DNA of 64,000 nucleotides from a virus (IMGVR_UViG_3300026549_000033:64001-128000); one strand, 5' to 3'. Shown: positions 38,201 to 49,617, counted from the first letter of the stretch. Made by a program: numbers and translations. Notes: generated by a model not told the origin, from the letters alone.

Positions 38201-40613
38201 ATGCGGTGGAGACACTTATGTTCAAGTCAATGTCATAGGCGGAGAACGTGCCACAGGCTTAGTATCAATATGCTTAGATAATGACGAAGGTAATGACAAT
38301 GCCTTAGTTTACTTAGAAACAGACATAGAAGAAAACTATTGCCCTAATACGTTTGAATTCTATACACAAGGGAAAGAAATCTAAGAATAACCTTGAACAT
38401 TAAAATAAAATCTGTTATACTATAAATGTAAATAATAGGAGTTAAATCATGACAGAAAAAGTCAAATATAGCTATGCTTATGACAAAGAAAACGACTTGG
38501 TAACAGTTAGTAAAGTTAGCACTTTTCATTTTACACATTATCATCGAGACCTTCTATTACAAGCTCTTTCTAATGGTTATGTAGAAATACGAGGAAAATT
38601 TTTAGAAATTGAAGAATATTCAAAGGCATATCGAGACCTCACTCAATACAATCTATTGAAAAATGACTTAGACGGATGGTATGACACAGGAACTATAATT
38701 AACAAAGAAGAATCTATAAAACTTATAAAATCCTACACCGAAGAAATCTAAGAATAACCTTGAACATTAAAATAAAATCTGTTATACTATAAGTATAAAG
38801 AGTTAAAACAAAGGAGTTAAAATCATGACAACAGAAACAATTCTTAAATTAAATCCCGAAACTTTAATATTTGACGTATACAACGACAAATATTTCTATG
38901 ATAAGGGTACTAAGAAAACACAGTACGAATCTTTTTATGTAGATATTACTACAGAAGTACCTGAAATGGAAGGAGAAAGAAAAGTAGCTACAGTAATGGT
39001 ACAATGTAACGACCACGTGGATGTACTTTACAACGACCAATATATCGTGGACGTAGTAACTTATGACCTTGCTACACAGGAGATTAACGGACAAGTAGAC
39101 CAATCAAGATACGACCGTCAAATGAACGTAGTAGACGGCTTAGAATTGCCTAAAATAGACAACATAACAGTAAACGGAGACACTTTAGACGACTACATTA
39201 TCCGTATGCTGAAAGTAGTCTTTATGGCTTTCTCAAATAAAAATATGTATAACCCCGAAAAATACGAGCTTAAAGTAGGTTATGACAAACAAGAACCAAA
39301 GAAAATCAGACATAGAGGTTGCTTTGCATGGGAAGGTTGCCATAAAATCTACTTATGTCAAAATATGGGAGATATTCAACTCATGTTGGCTTACGGCTAC
39401 GATATTTACCCTATTGAACAACTTAGAACAGTATGGAAGAACTCTTGCTCATTAAGGTTTATACACCCTGTAAACCTTAAAAACGACGATATATTGCCAC
39501 AGTTTGCTAAGTACCCAAAAATTATAGGACATAGAATAAAATAACCTTGAACATTAAAGTAAAATCTGTTATACTATAAGTATAAAGAGTTAAAACAAAA
39601 GGAGTTAAAATCATGACAACAGACTTAAATTACACAAACACTTTCATTCGCTACAACTATGAAGACGAAGACGAAATGGTAGAAGTATATCATGGTGAAT
39701 TAGAACTATACAATGAAACTACACAATTTTACCATAATACCTTTGCTGACGAAGAAGACTACGACGAAAACAAAGAATATACAAATGTGTTAGACTGCGT
39801 AGACCTTTGGGAAGGTAACGGTTACGGCATAGCACAAGTTATTAAAGGAAGATACTAAAATGACCTACGAAGAATTGGCATATACTATTCATATCTTAAT
39901 GGCTGACGGCTATGTTAAACAAGAGAAACCTCTATGGGATCTGGATATGTATAGAATTTTAAATAAAGTAAATAAAGACATAGGAACTTACGAAAGAGAC
40001 AAATAAAATGGCACACGAATTAGAAAAAGAATTACAACAAAGAATTATAAGTCATAAAAATATTGTAATAACTTCTTCTCTTATTATGTTTGAAAACGAA
40101 GGAATATATAATTCTTTCCTACTCAAAGATAAGTACGGAGACGACAAAACTACAGAAAGAGGACAGGGAAGAGCCTTTAAAGTAGTAGACGAACTCGAAG
40201 AACAAGCAGACCAAGAAACATACGACCAAATTTATGAAATGTGCTGGCAAAGAGCCAAACATAGAATATCAGATAGGTTATATGGAATAAACTAATAACC
40301 TTGAACGACACAAGTAAATATGCTATAATAATAGTATAAGAACAAAGGAGTTAAAATCATGACAACAGAATTAAAAGAAATTAAAGTTGGAGACCTCGTT
40401 CTTCTGAAATCTATAGAAGAATATGAAGACGAAGGAGACGAAATCACAGAATTAGTAGAAAAATTTGCGGGAAACACAATGAAAGTTTTACGAGTTGACC
40501 AAAGTCTTAATGAATTCGGTGAAAGAACCTATCAACTTGTCGCTTTAAACAGGGAAGTAGGATTCATAACGGCTACAGACCACGAAATCGCAAAAGTTTA
40601 CAGAGAAATATAA
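35243..40613 (+). CDS. Block of hypothetical class B genes (35243-35488, 35642-36043, 36117-36467, 36610-37122, 37135-37338, 37501-37764, 37776-38123, 38136-38384, 38449-38751, 38825-39544, 39613-39858, 40008-40295, 40359-40613)
   Basis: ORFs behind class B repeats or AAGGAG RBSs. Confidence 0.8.
36526..36583 (+). promoter_or_regulatory. 58-bp structured leader element, copy 2
   Basis: Identical to 28811-28868, again between the -10 box and the RBS. Confidence 0.75.
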
Positions 40614-40625
40614 GGAGACACCACA

Positions 40626-41030
40626 ATGAGTACAAGAAGTGATATAATCATTAAAGACTACGGAATTTATGAAGGAAAAACATGGAAAATGCAACAAAAA
40701 CTATACCACCATCACGACGGTTATCCCGAAGGAGTAGGTGCCTTCTTAATCCAAGAAGTCCTTCCGCAATTAGAAAATTCTAATGATGCGTCTTGCGATA
40801 CGATTGCTAATTTTTTGATTAAGCATAAAGAAGATAACGAATTTGAATGCACAGTGTATAACCATGTAGATATTGAATACCGCTACATAATTGATATTCC
40901 AAAGAAAGAAATAAGATGCCTTGAAGGACACTACACAAATTGGAATTCCCCACGAACAAGATTTATAACTGACCGAGAAATTGATTTATCAAAATTCAAA
41001 TCAGTTAAAGCCGAAGAATTATATAAATAA
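40626..41030 (+). CDS. Conserved phage hypothetical protein
   Basis: MSTRS.I...LYHHHDGYPEGVG motif. Confidence 0.75.
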   Translation: MSTRSDIIIKDYGIYEGKTWKMQQKLYHHHDGYPEGVGAFLIQEVLPQLENSNDASCDTIANFLIKHKEDNEFECTVYNHVDIEYRYIIDIPKKEIRCLEGHYTNWNSPRTRFITDREIDLSKFKSVKAEELYK

Positions 41031-41059
41031 CAATGATATTTTAACTCCCAAATTACAAT

Positions 41060-41091
41060 GTTCAGAGCCAAAAGACTCTGAACTTCTTTTT
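41060..41091 (+). terminator. Intrinsic terminator
   Basis: GTTCAGAG/CTCTGAAC followed by TTCTTTTT. Confidence 0.75.
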
Positions 41092-41154
41092 AAATAAATT
41101 TATGATTATATTTTTATAAGTAGAGAGTATGGTTTAAATTAAGAAGGAGAAAGC

Positions 41155-43230
41155 ATGGCTAAAAAAATTGTTGGTAAAAATGGAAAGAAAGAAACTTATT
41201 TTAATAAGTATGTTATAGGTGATAATAATGTATGCCCCGAATGTCATAGACCGTTCAAAGACTATGACCTCAAGAATATTGAAGAAAGAGGTACAATTTC
41301 CTGTGTTAAGTGCGGAGCAAAATTAAGCAGAAAATAACCTTGAACTTTCATATCAAAAGTGGTATAATAAAAGTATAAAAGATACTAAATAGGAGACACC
41401 ACCAATGATGGACACATACTCAGTTGAATATTGGACAACGGACGGCACAAGAGTAGGAGTACAAATTCAAGCATACTCCTCATACGATGCACAGAGATAT
41501 GCAGAACAAATGCCAAACTTTGATATATTGGCATCTTTCCCTGAAAAAATTGCATCAGGCTAAATTTTATTTTAACTCATTTTGTTTTGACAACTCCTTC
41601 CTTTTATGCTACAATTAAGTTGTAAATAGGAAGGAGTTCTTTTATGTTACAATCAAATAGAGAGAAAGAGATATCTAAAGCAGATATGCGTAAAAAAGTA
41701 GAGGCATGGAAAACAATTAACAGTGTTCTTGTGAAAGCTAATGCAGACTACATGAATTCTTTAGCAAGCCTACTTACCGAAAAGCAAGTGCAATTATCAC
41801 AACTTGAAGAAAAGCTAAAAGGTGAGGGAGCTACAGAAGAAGACAATGCAGAGTACTTATTTCAAGCAGGATATACCCAGTGCTTAAAGGATATCTTAAA
41901 TGCCAAGAAAACCACGCAATCCTAAACGAGATAAGCCTTCGAGTAATCCTTTGAATAACTTAGACTTGTCTGCTTTCTTAGAACCCAAAAAAGACACCAA
42001 AACCACCAAAAAAGAAACTTACAAGGGGTTACAAAAAGAATACGAAAGAATTCTCCATAAAGAAATTCAAAGAGAAAATAGAGCCTATAGAGTAGTTTAT
42101 ATGAACCATCCTGAACTACTCTATGTTGCTTTTAGTAGTAACAGGGAAAATGCTAAATGGCAATCAGCAAAGTACTTTAAAGAAACTTTAAATCCGTTCT
42201 TTACTAAAGACAGTTATAATAAAGAAATGATGAATAGCCGTGCCTACAGGGTACAGGAACTTGATAAGTTTGCTTTAAAAGGAGTTATCCCTATCCCTGA
42301 CTTACTACATGCTCTTGACGTTTCTATGCCCTGTTCTGTTTGCGGAAAAGACCATTTTGACTACTCCGACTATGAAAAGGGAAGGTGCTTTATTGTAGAA
42401 GGAGAAGGAAATCTGAACCCTTTTACACAAGGTTATATCTTATGTTACGAATGTCATAAAAAATACTTAGGAAAGAATTAAATAACCTTGAACATGACCT
42501 AAAAATTCTATATAATATAAGTATAGAAACAAACAAAACAGGAGATAAAATGTCATACATCACATCAAATCTTGCTCCTTATCGTAGCAAGGATATAGGA
42601 AAAGAATTTTCAGAAATATTGGCAGAAGACTATGAATGGGTACGCTCCTCTATAGAAGACAGAGGAATAATCTTTTTCTTAGCTACCGTTTCTGTTATGA
42701 CCTTATCTTTACTTAAGGCTATTTCACACGTCATAACTCAAATGCAGAAACCTGTAATGGAATATAATCACTTGAAATTACATAGAGGTATGGAATCTGA
42801 ATCCATTACTCAAATTCTCACAAGGAGAGAGTGCATAGACGAAGTGAAAAACCATGACAATCTATGCCCAAATAATAAGGTTAAAACCGAGAAAGTAGAA
42901 AAACTAAATACTTTGAGAAACTACTTATATCAGCATGACTTAACCCTTCATGCTACCGTACTTAAAACCATAAATCATAAACTCACAGACGACGAGCTTA
43001 TTGAAATGTATAGGTTAGGTGAAATCACTAAACCTTTAACAACTACTCATATCACCTTTGGAGATAACTTAAATCGTCTATTAAAAGATACCTTAGGAAA
43101 TACTATTGATTTAAAAACAAATCGTGTAACAAAAGAAACCTATCTTAGAATTTTCAACGACGATTATATGCCCATCAAAGAAGGATTACAGAATTTATAC
43201 AATGAAAAAGTAAAGCTCAAATTTGACTAA
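41155..43230 (+). CDS. Hypothetical genes 41155-41337 (zinc ribbon), 41405-41563, 41644-41925, 41900-42481 (CxxC pairs), 42550-43230
   Basis: ORFs with RBSs; 41405-41563 (52 aa) is not in the track. Confidence 0.75.
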
Positions 43231-43275
43231 AACTCAAATGATTGCTATAATAGAACTATAAAAGGAGACAAAGAC

Positions 43276-44265
43276 ATGCAACTAAAAAGATACTCAACAG
43301 AAGAATTACAGGGTATATGTGCTGACATATTTATGACATACATGTCAGCAGTCAATAATGACTCTTATGACTACCCTACCCCCGCTCATCTTCTTCACAA
43401 AGAATATGAGGACAAATTAGAACAGTATAAACATAGGATTCAAATTTACCAAGAAAAATTACGTCAAGGATTAGAGAATGACGTAAGAAATTCATTGGAA
43501 AAACAACTTTGTTACCTTGAAGAAGGAGCAAAACATATAGCTCTTTCTTGCAGACAATACCAAAAACAATTATATAGTATTACTCATTCTACTGATTACG
43601 CACGAACAACTATAAGAATTCCTTTAGATAAAAAGATAAATTCTTATTATGATGATTTTACTTTAGAAGTAGTCTTTTATGACGACGTTTGTACTCTTAG
43701 CGGAAAATTTGAACAATATAAGGCACTCCATACAGAGAAAGAAAGACGTGAATTTATTGAGCGGAACACTGAAATAACCCACATGGGATTACTTTATGTA
43801 AGAAACGAAAAGTTGATTTCAATTATAGCTCTTATGGGCGAACTTAATACAACAGATCCACGAGTAATTGAAAGCGGAGTAGTTCTTCTACCCCAAAAAT
43901 TCTCCAACTTTGATACATTATCCTTAAAAGATACGTCTTCAATAGATAATAATGACCTTAAACAATTTATCCAAAGTAAAATTGATTTAGATAAAGAAAA
44001 TATGGAAGAATTATCGTCAGAAATCATTAGAGGAGATAAGTATAGTATACACCGCTCTCAACAAGATAACGGTAAAATTGATTTATATATTCGTTATACT
44101 TGTAGAGGTACAGGTAGGGTATACTACAACCTGTTAAACTTACATAATTTATCCTTATCTTCTTACTTTAAAGAAAATGATTATGATAGTTATAGTAGAG
44201 CTTGGTGGGATTTAAACACCTTAGGTGGAAACCCTGAAAGCGAAAAACCTGTAATACGTTGCTAA
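43276..44265 (+). CDS. Protein with a C-terminal DUF6745-like region
   Basis: RYTCRGTGRVYY motif. Confidence 0.5.
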   Translation: MQLKRYSTEELQGICADIFMTYMSAVNNDSYDYPTPAHLLHKEYEDKLEQYKHRIQIYQEKLRQGLENDVRNSLEKQLCYLEEGAKHIALSCRQYQKQLYSITHSTDYARTTIRIPLDKKINSYYDDFTLEVVFYDDVCTLSGKFEQYKALHTEKERREFIERNTEITHMGLLYVRNEKLISIIALMGELNTTDPRVIESGVVLLPQKFSNFDTLSLKDTSSIDNNDLKQFIQSKIDLDKENMEELSSEIIRGDKYSIHRSQQDNGKIDLYIRYTCRGTGRVYYNLLNLHNLSLSSYFKENDYDSYSRAWWDLNTLGGNPESEKPVIRC

Positions 44266-44294
44266 ATTAAATTATAAAAAGAAAGGACAGAACA

Positions 44295-44837
44295 ATGCAA
44301 ACAACAATCTTTAGAAATGAAAACAAAGTAAGTAACGAAGAAGTATTAAACTTATTCACACAAACTTTAGAGGACACAGAATTATTTGAAAAAAGCGAAA
44401 TTGAAGAATTATCTGACATTGTAGCTAAAAACCCTGCGGATAAATTCATCGTTTCAGAAAAACCGAGTGTACCTGTAATGCAAGGCGACCTTTTGATTTG
44501 GTCTGACTTAACAGACGAATACAAAAAAGAATTCCCAAGAGTTCACGATTTAGCTCTTACTACACGTATGGTTTTACAAGACGACGATTCTATTACAGGC
44601 GACCATGAACTTGTACCTTTAAGAAATGCTAAATTTACTTTAAGCACAGGTAAATTTGTACCTTCTATACTTGAAGGACATACATGGGGTAGCAACTCTT
44701 ATGATTGCAAAATTCTTGAAATTGATACACCTTTTGTTATCAAGCACAGAGAACACGGAAACATAGCTTTGACAGCTGGTAAATATATGATTTGTTCTTC
44801 ATTAGATTCAGAATCATTAACAAGAATGAGAGATTAG
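44295..44837 (+). CDS. Conserved hypothetical protein (QGD...TGxH...HxEH family)
   Basis: MQGDLLI, ITGDHEL, KHREHGNIALTAGKY. Confidence 0.6.
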   Translation: MQTTIFRNENKVSNEEVLNLFTQTLEDTELFEKSEIEELSDIVAKNPADKFIVSEKPSVPVMQGDLLIWSDLTDEYKKEFPRVHDLALTTRMVLQDDDSITGDHELVPLRNAKFTLSTGKFVPSILEGHTWGSNSYDCKILEIDTPFVIKHREHGNIALTAGKYMICSSLDSESLTRMRD

Positions 44838-44886
44838 TTAAATAAAAGGAGTGGGAACTCCCACTCCTCTTTAAAGGAATAATAAA

Positions 44887-46235
44887 ATGGAAACAACAGA
44901 TAAAGGTAGTATAACCGTAGAAAAAGGAAATAAAAAACAAGTAAAGTGCCATAAGTTTAAGTGTAAACCTATAGACCGTGAACTAATGGTACATGAAGAC
45001 ATAGACAATAAAAATCACACAAGTGTATCTGATTGCATAACGGGATATAGATTATTCGGTTTACCGCAAAAGGTATCATCAGTAAAATCTTCTGACGTTA
45101 TAGAAAAACTTAAATGGTTTATAAATCACTTCACTAAAGAAGGAATTGCTGAGGAATTTAAAAGAATTGAAAATATTCAAGCTCAAAAATAAGAAAGATT
45201 AACGAAATGGAAACTAACGAAAACTTAACATATTTACAAAAAGTAGCACTCAAAGGTGAAATAGGATTTACCCTTAGCACTGCAGCTCACGATGCTGAAA
45301 TTAAATTCAGAACTTATTTAATCTTGCGAGAAATTGAGGACCAATTTAAACCTTTTGTTATTGATTGTATTAAAGAATCAGTTACATTTGACGAAGGTAT
45401 TATTGACCGCATCTACTTAGAGGTGGTAAATAATTCAGTACCTGTTTGGTTATGGGTTGAAGAAATAATTGCTGATTTAAAGCTGCACTTAGCGATTGCT
45501 GACGCAGGTATGGCCGGAATAACAAGCTCTCGTTTAAGTATTAATAAAGTTCAAGAAAGAAAAAATCTAATCGAAAGTGCCTTTGTACTTTTTGCAAGAG
45601 AAGCTATAATGCTCAGCCCTGACGCAGCAGAGCAGCTCTTCGACGAAATCTTAGACGACTATGATTTAAGTTTTTTACATAATGCATGTTTCTATCTAAA
45701 GAGCTCATGCCCTGAGGTTAGAGCTATCAAAAGAACAAATGAAATACCTGAGGAATTAATGTCTTGCCTATTTGATCCAAAAAAGACACTAAGTTTTGCA
45801 GTAGAAACAAAAGCTTTATCTGAAATGAACAGACCTCAAAATAAAAGTATCTATCGTAAAATCACAAACTCTCCGTTACCTACAGGAGAAATAAATGGGG
45901 AAATAACAGTTCACGGAGGATTTGTAGTAGACAACACTATAACTCACGAAGAACTTTCTAATTACATAAGTGAAAAAATTGCAGAACTTTTTGAAGGTCC
46001 TCCACAGCCTACTAAGTCAAAACCTTCCAATAATACTGTATATATTGTAAAAAAAGTATTCACAAATAGTGGGTTGTCTACAAATATCAGAGTTTGCAGA
46101 ACCAAAGAAGAAGCAATAAACTTTATAAATAAAATAGTTAAAGAATACCCAGAACTCACTAACGTATGTGAATTTCAAGTCCACACGGAGAAAACAAATG
46201 ACCAAGAAAAGAACCGTTACCCGAAAAACTCCTAA
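44887..46235 (+). CDS. Hypothetical genes 44887-45192 and 45207-46235
   Basis: ORFs of 101 and 342 aa. Confidence 0.75.
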
Positions 46236-48483
46236 AGAAACGGGTACTTGGTACAAAAGTCTAATAGAAGGGAAAGCTAAAGCTGAATACTATAGACATT
46301 TCATAAAAAAATTAAATGATATTATAACAGAGTACTTTGGGGCTGACGAAGCCTTGAGAGTACTTAAAGCTATAGGAAGCCAAAAAATTCAAGTTACAGG
46401 AATTCAGTCTTTCCTGTTTGACTTTAATAACATTAACGATCCTTCCTTAGAACTTTATAATACGTGCAAAACAGTAGAAGAATTCACTATTAAGAGTATT
46501 CTTAACTTTAAAAAGAGAGCGGAACGAGGAGAAAGCTCCATCTTAATAAAAGAGTTTTTCCTTGTATTAGCTGACTTACTCAAATCTAATGACCTCTACC
46601 CTGAAGGAAGAATTCGTGAAATTCTAAAGAATTTTGTGTCCTCTTTAATAGTTGCAACAGAAGGATCCCCCTATGAATTTGCTCTTATAGAACCTGAATG
46701 GGCAAAAGAAATAGCAAAGAAAATAGGACTTAATAATCAAAGGTATTATAGGATAGCAAGTCTTTTGCTTGACGTGACACGAGAATTAATGCAAGATGTA
46801 ATAGACATTAAAGCCTATTTACCCCGAATTAAAATCATTTACCCCGTTTATTATGACACAAGAGAAAATCAATTATCTTACTTAGTGTCGCATTTTCGTG
46901 CATGTGATAGACCTACTAAAGTAATTAATCCCTTAAAAGATATTCCTAATCTTTCTGAAGATACACCACAGCTGCGGAGTGCCTTAGAGTTAATAAGAAC
47001 AAATATGAACCTGCCCTTCCTAAGTATTGAACCTATTATTCTTAAATTGCGGGAAATAGAGGACATGGCATATTTAAAGCGTTACCCAACACAAAATTCT
47101 TTAACAAAAATTTTCCCTAAAAATGAAATGCCAAAGAACTATTATAATAACTTTGACATAAACCCTATTTTTGTCCAAAAGGAAGCATTTGAAAGTTGCT
47201 TTGTTCCGTACTTTTGTGACGTACAAATTGACTGCACAAAAATTAAAAAAGAAAACTTGGAATCCTTTATAGACGAAGCCAAAATTATCAATCTAACCAA
47301 AGGTTACTATAATAAAACTAAGAGAGATATAAATTCCTTAACATTCAAAATTACTCTTTTAAACGTTAAGGAAGCTACAAAAGAATTCTATGAATTTATA
47401 CAAAATAAACTCCGTCGTATTAGAAGTTTAACAAATAAAAATTTTATAATAGAAATATTTTACGACAGGGACGTTATTAACCAAAGAATACCTGAAGACC
47501 TTATATCACACATTAGAGTTATTAGTGATATTCATGCAGACTACAACGCAGACCATAACTACTACTTCAGCTTTGGTAATGACTTTATTGTTAATTGCGG
47601 AGATACCGCAGGAGACGGAGTAACCGCAGGACATTGGATAACCAACTATATGAAAAAAGGAGTTACAGTTATTGGGAATCACTTGGGGTACTCGTCCTCA
47701 CACCCCGAACGCGACGGAATTCAAAATATGGAAAAATATTCCCATACACGACACCCAAGTAGCACTAAAAGAGAGCAAATTAAAGAACTTTATAATCTTA
47801 TGGATAAGCAAAATGTCGCCCTTCTATCTAATACTTGTTCAGAGTATAAAGGAATGGTAATTATAGGAACTTGTCTATATACAGATTTTAACCTCTACGG
47901 GAAAGAACACCGCGAAGAATGCATGGCTTATGCTAAAAAGAACATGAATGACTTCCGCCTTCCTGTTGTTATGGATAACTCTTACTATACTATAGACGAC
48001 AAAGGTAGGTGGTGGCCTAATAGCAGAAAATTCTCTGAAAGTAAAATTCGCACCTTTGCACCTTCAGATCATGCCTTCTATTTTCAGTTCTCTTTTGAAT
48101 TTATAAAAAAGGCTGTAGAAGAAAATGCTCATAAGCCAATTATTATTGTTACACACCATGCTCCGTCACCTTACTCTATTGATAAAAGGTACGAAGGGAG
48201 CTTATTGAACGCGGCTTTTGCAAGTAACCTTAATAAATATATTATAGAACACCCTCAAATCAGAGTGTGGGCTCACGGGCACGTGCATAACCCGTGTGAC
48301 TATATCTTAGGAGAAACAAGAGTAGTATGTTGCCCTTTTGGTTACAACAATGAAAATAACTTCAACTTACCCTATGAGTACGGCCTTAGAATTGCAATAA
48401 AAGATATAAAGTCTAAAAAATCTTGGAAAACTATCTTAGAGGAAGACATAAATAAAGGTTATGTAAAAGTCTATGAAGAATGA
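46198..48483 (+). CDS. Large protein with a C-terminal calcineurin-like metallophosphoesterase domain
   Basis: ISDIH, NCGD, VIGNH, VTHH, WAHGHVH; start reassigned to ATG 46198. Confidence 0.85.
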   Translation: MTKKRTVTRKTPKETGTWYKSLIEGKAKAEYYRHFIKKLNDIITEYFGADEALRVLKAIGSQKIQVTGIQSFLFDFNNINDPSLELYNTCKTVEEFTIKSILNFKKRAERGESSILIKEFFLVLADLLKSNDLYPEGRIREILKNFVSSLIVATEGSPYEFALIEPEWAKEIAKKIGLNNQRYYRIASLLLDVTRELMQDVIDIKAYLPRIKIIYPVYYDTRENQLSYLVSHFRACDRPTKVINPLKDIPNLSEDTPQLRSALELIRTNMNLPFLSIEPIILKLREIEDMAYLKRYPTQNSLTKIFPKNEMPKNYYNNFDINPIFVQKEAFESCFVPYFCDVQIDCTKIKKENLESFIDEAKIINLTKGYYNKTKRDINSLTFKITLLNVKEATKEFYEFIQNKLRRIRSLTNKNFIIEIFYDRDVINQRIPEDLISHIRVISDIHADYNADHNYYFSFGNDFIVNCGDTAGDGVTAGHWITNYMKKGVTVIGNHLGYSSSHPERDGIQNMEKYSHTRHPSSTKREQIKELYNLMDKQNVALLSNTCSEYKGMVIIGTCLYTDFNLYGKEHREECMAYAKKNMNDFRLPVVMDNSYYTIDDKGRWWPNSRKFSESKIRTFAPSDHAFYFQFSFEFIKKAVEENAHKPIIIVTHHAPSPYSIDKRYEGSLLNAAFASNLNKYIIEHPQIRVWAHGHVHNPCDYILGETRVVCCPFGYNNENNFNLPYEYGLRIAIKDIKSKKSWKTILEEDINKGYVKVYEE

Positions 48484-49109
48484 GGTCTCAAACCCATCCT
48501 TATAATATCCTCTAAATCTACAATTTTAAAATAAGGCTTATTTCTTAGAAAATCTGAACATGACTTTGTAACTCCTGAAGAAGCTATAAGTATCAAATTA
48601 TCAGCTTTAAAATCTTCTTTCAAACCATTTAGCTCTCTCGCTACAGAGACCCCCACAGGGCTTGAATAGTGCTTGCACTGAGCTATAATCTTTTTTCCGT
48701 CTTTATACATCAGGATGTCTATACCACCGTCACTTGTTTTCTGAGTTACTTCTGCCTTATAGCCATTTAATCTAAATACTTTTGCAGCTTCTTCCTCAAA
48801 TTCCCATCCGTCTAATTTCCACCACCAATTTCTATCAGCCCATTTGGGGTTAGCCTTTACAGAAGTAATCTTCTCAACCTGAAAAAGGTAAATCCAATAA
48901 AGTACGAACACTGAAATAGGTACTGCAAAAACCCATGTATATGTACTTCCAAGAGTAAATAATAAGTAATAAGCCCCTGTGAGCGCCCCAAAGGACACTA
49001 CAAGCTCTAATAAGCGACCCCTTTTATAAGCCCCTTTTATAAAATTTACAATAAAAGTTACGCCCCATACTATAAAAAGGGTAAATATATCTCCTGTTTT
49101 TCTTGCCAT
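48471..49109 (-). CDS. Membrane-anchored Mrr-like (type IV) restriction endonuclease domain protein
   Basis: N-terminal TM helices; FEE...SDGGIDI...IAQCKHY (D...QxK). Confidence 0.85.
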   Translation of the reverse strand: MARKTGDIFTLFIVWGVTFIVNFIKGAYKRGRLLELVVSFGALTGAYYLLFTLGSTYTWVFAVPISVFVLYWIYLFQVEKITSVKANPKWADRNWWWKLDGWEFEEEAAKVFRLNGYKAEVTQKTSDGGIDILMYKDGKKIIAQCKHYSSPVGVSVARELNGLKEDFKADNLILIASSGVTKSCSDFLRNKPYFKIVDLEDIIRMGLRPHSS

Positions 49110-49146
49110 ACTTATATTATAGCATAAATTTAATGTATGTGCAAGG

Positions 49147-49617
49147 TTATCCCTTAATATCTAACTTATGCTTCTTAGACTTGTACTCTTCTATTTCTCC
49201 TGAAATAAAAGCTGTGGCAACAGGGAGAGCCCATCTCATTAAAATAGCTGTAGTAACCAAAGGTAAAGCTACTCTTATGCCTCCCATAATCTTATGAGCG
49301 TCAGGTACTAACTCAGGTTTTAAATTATTTATAATATTTTCCCCAAATTTAAAAACCTTCCTGTTTAAGTAAGTTCCTGCAGCCATTCCGAATAATGCAG
49401 GAAGGACATTCTGCCACTGCAGAACATTTTTCTCTCTGCGGGAGAGCTTTTGCCTTTCCGTTGCATATACATAGCACCCTGTAGCGACAACTGTTTCTAA
49501 TGTAGGAAGAGACTCATAAAGCCATTTTTGCCCCTTTTCACTTGAAGCCCATTTATAAAGTTTCACCCCCGTTTTGGAAGTAGCAAATTTTTCTAAAGCA
49601 CGTACTACTAAGCCCAT
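49147..49617 (-). CDS. Hypothetical membrane protein
   Basis: Several hydrophobic or amphipathic helices. Confidence 0.75.
   Translation of the reverse strand: MGLVVRALEKFATSKTGVKLYKWASSEKGQKWLYESLPTLETVVATGCYVYATERQKLSRREKNVLQWQNVLPALFGMAAGTYLNRKVFKFGENIINNLKPELVPDAHKIMGGIRVALPLVTTAILMRWALPVATAFISGEIEEYKSKKHKLDIKG

Larger units (their letters stand above)
25920..42552 (+). repeat. Class B promoter-leader repeat array (about 24 copies)
   Basis: Consensus TAACCTTGAAC-N-TGTTATAAT/TATACT-...-AAACAAAAGGAGTTAAAATCATG. Confidence 0.92.

Noticed and set aside
15427-42552. CRISPR array or integron attC cassette array
   Set aside because: Repeats are degenerate promoters separated by 250-1500 bp of intact ORFs; no cas genes, no attC-type palindromic R/L boxes and no integrase in the window.
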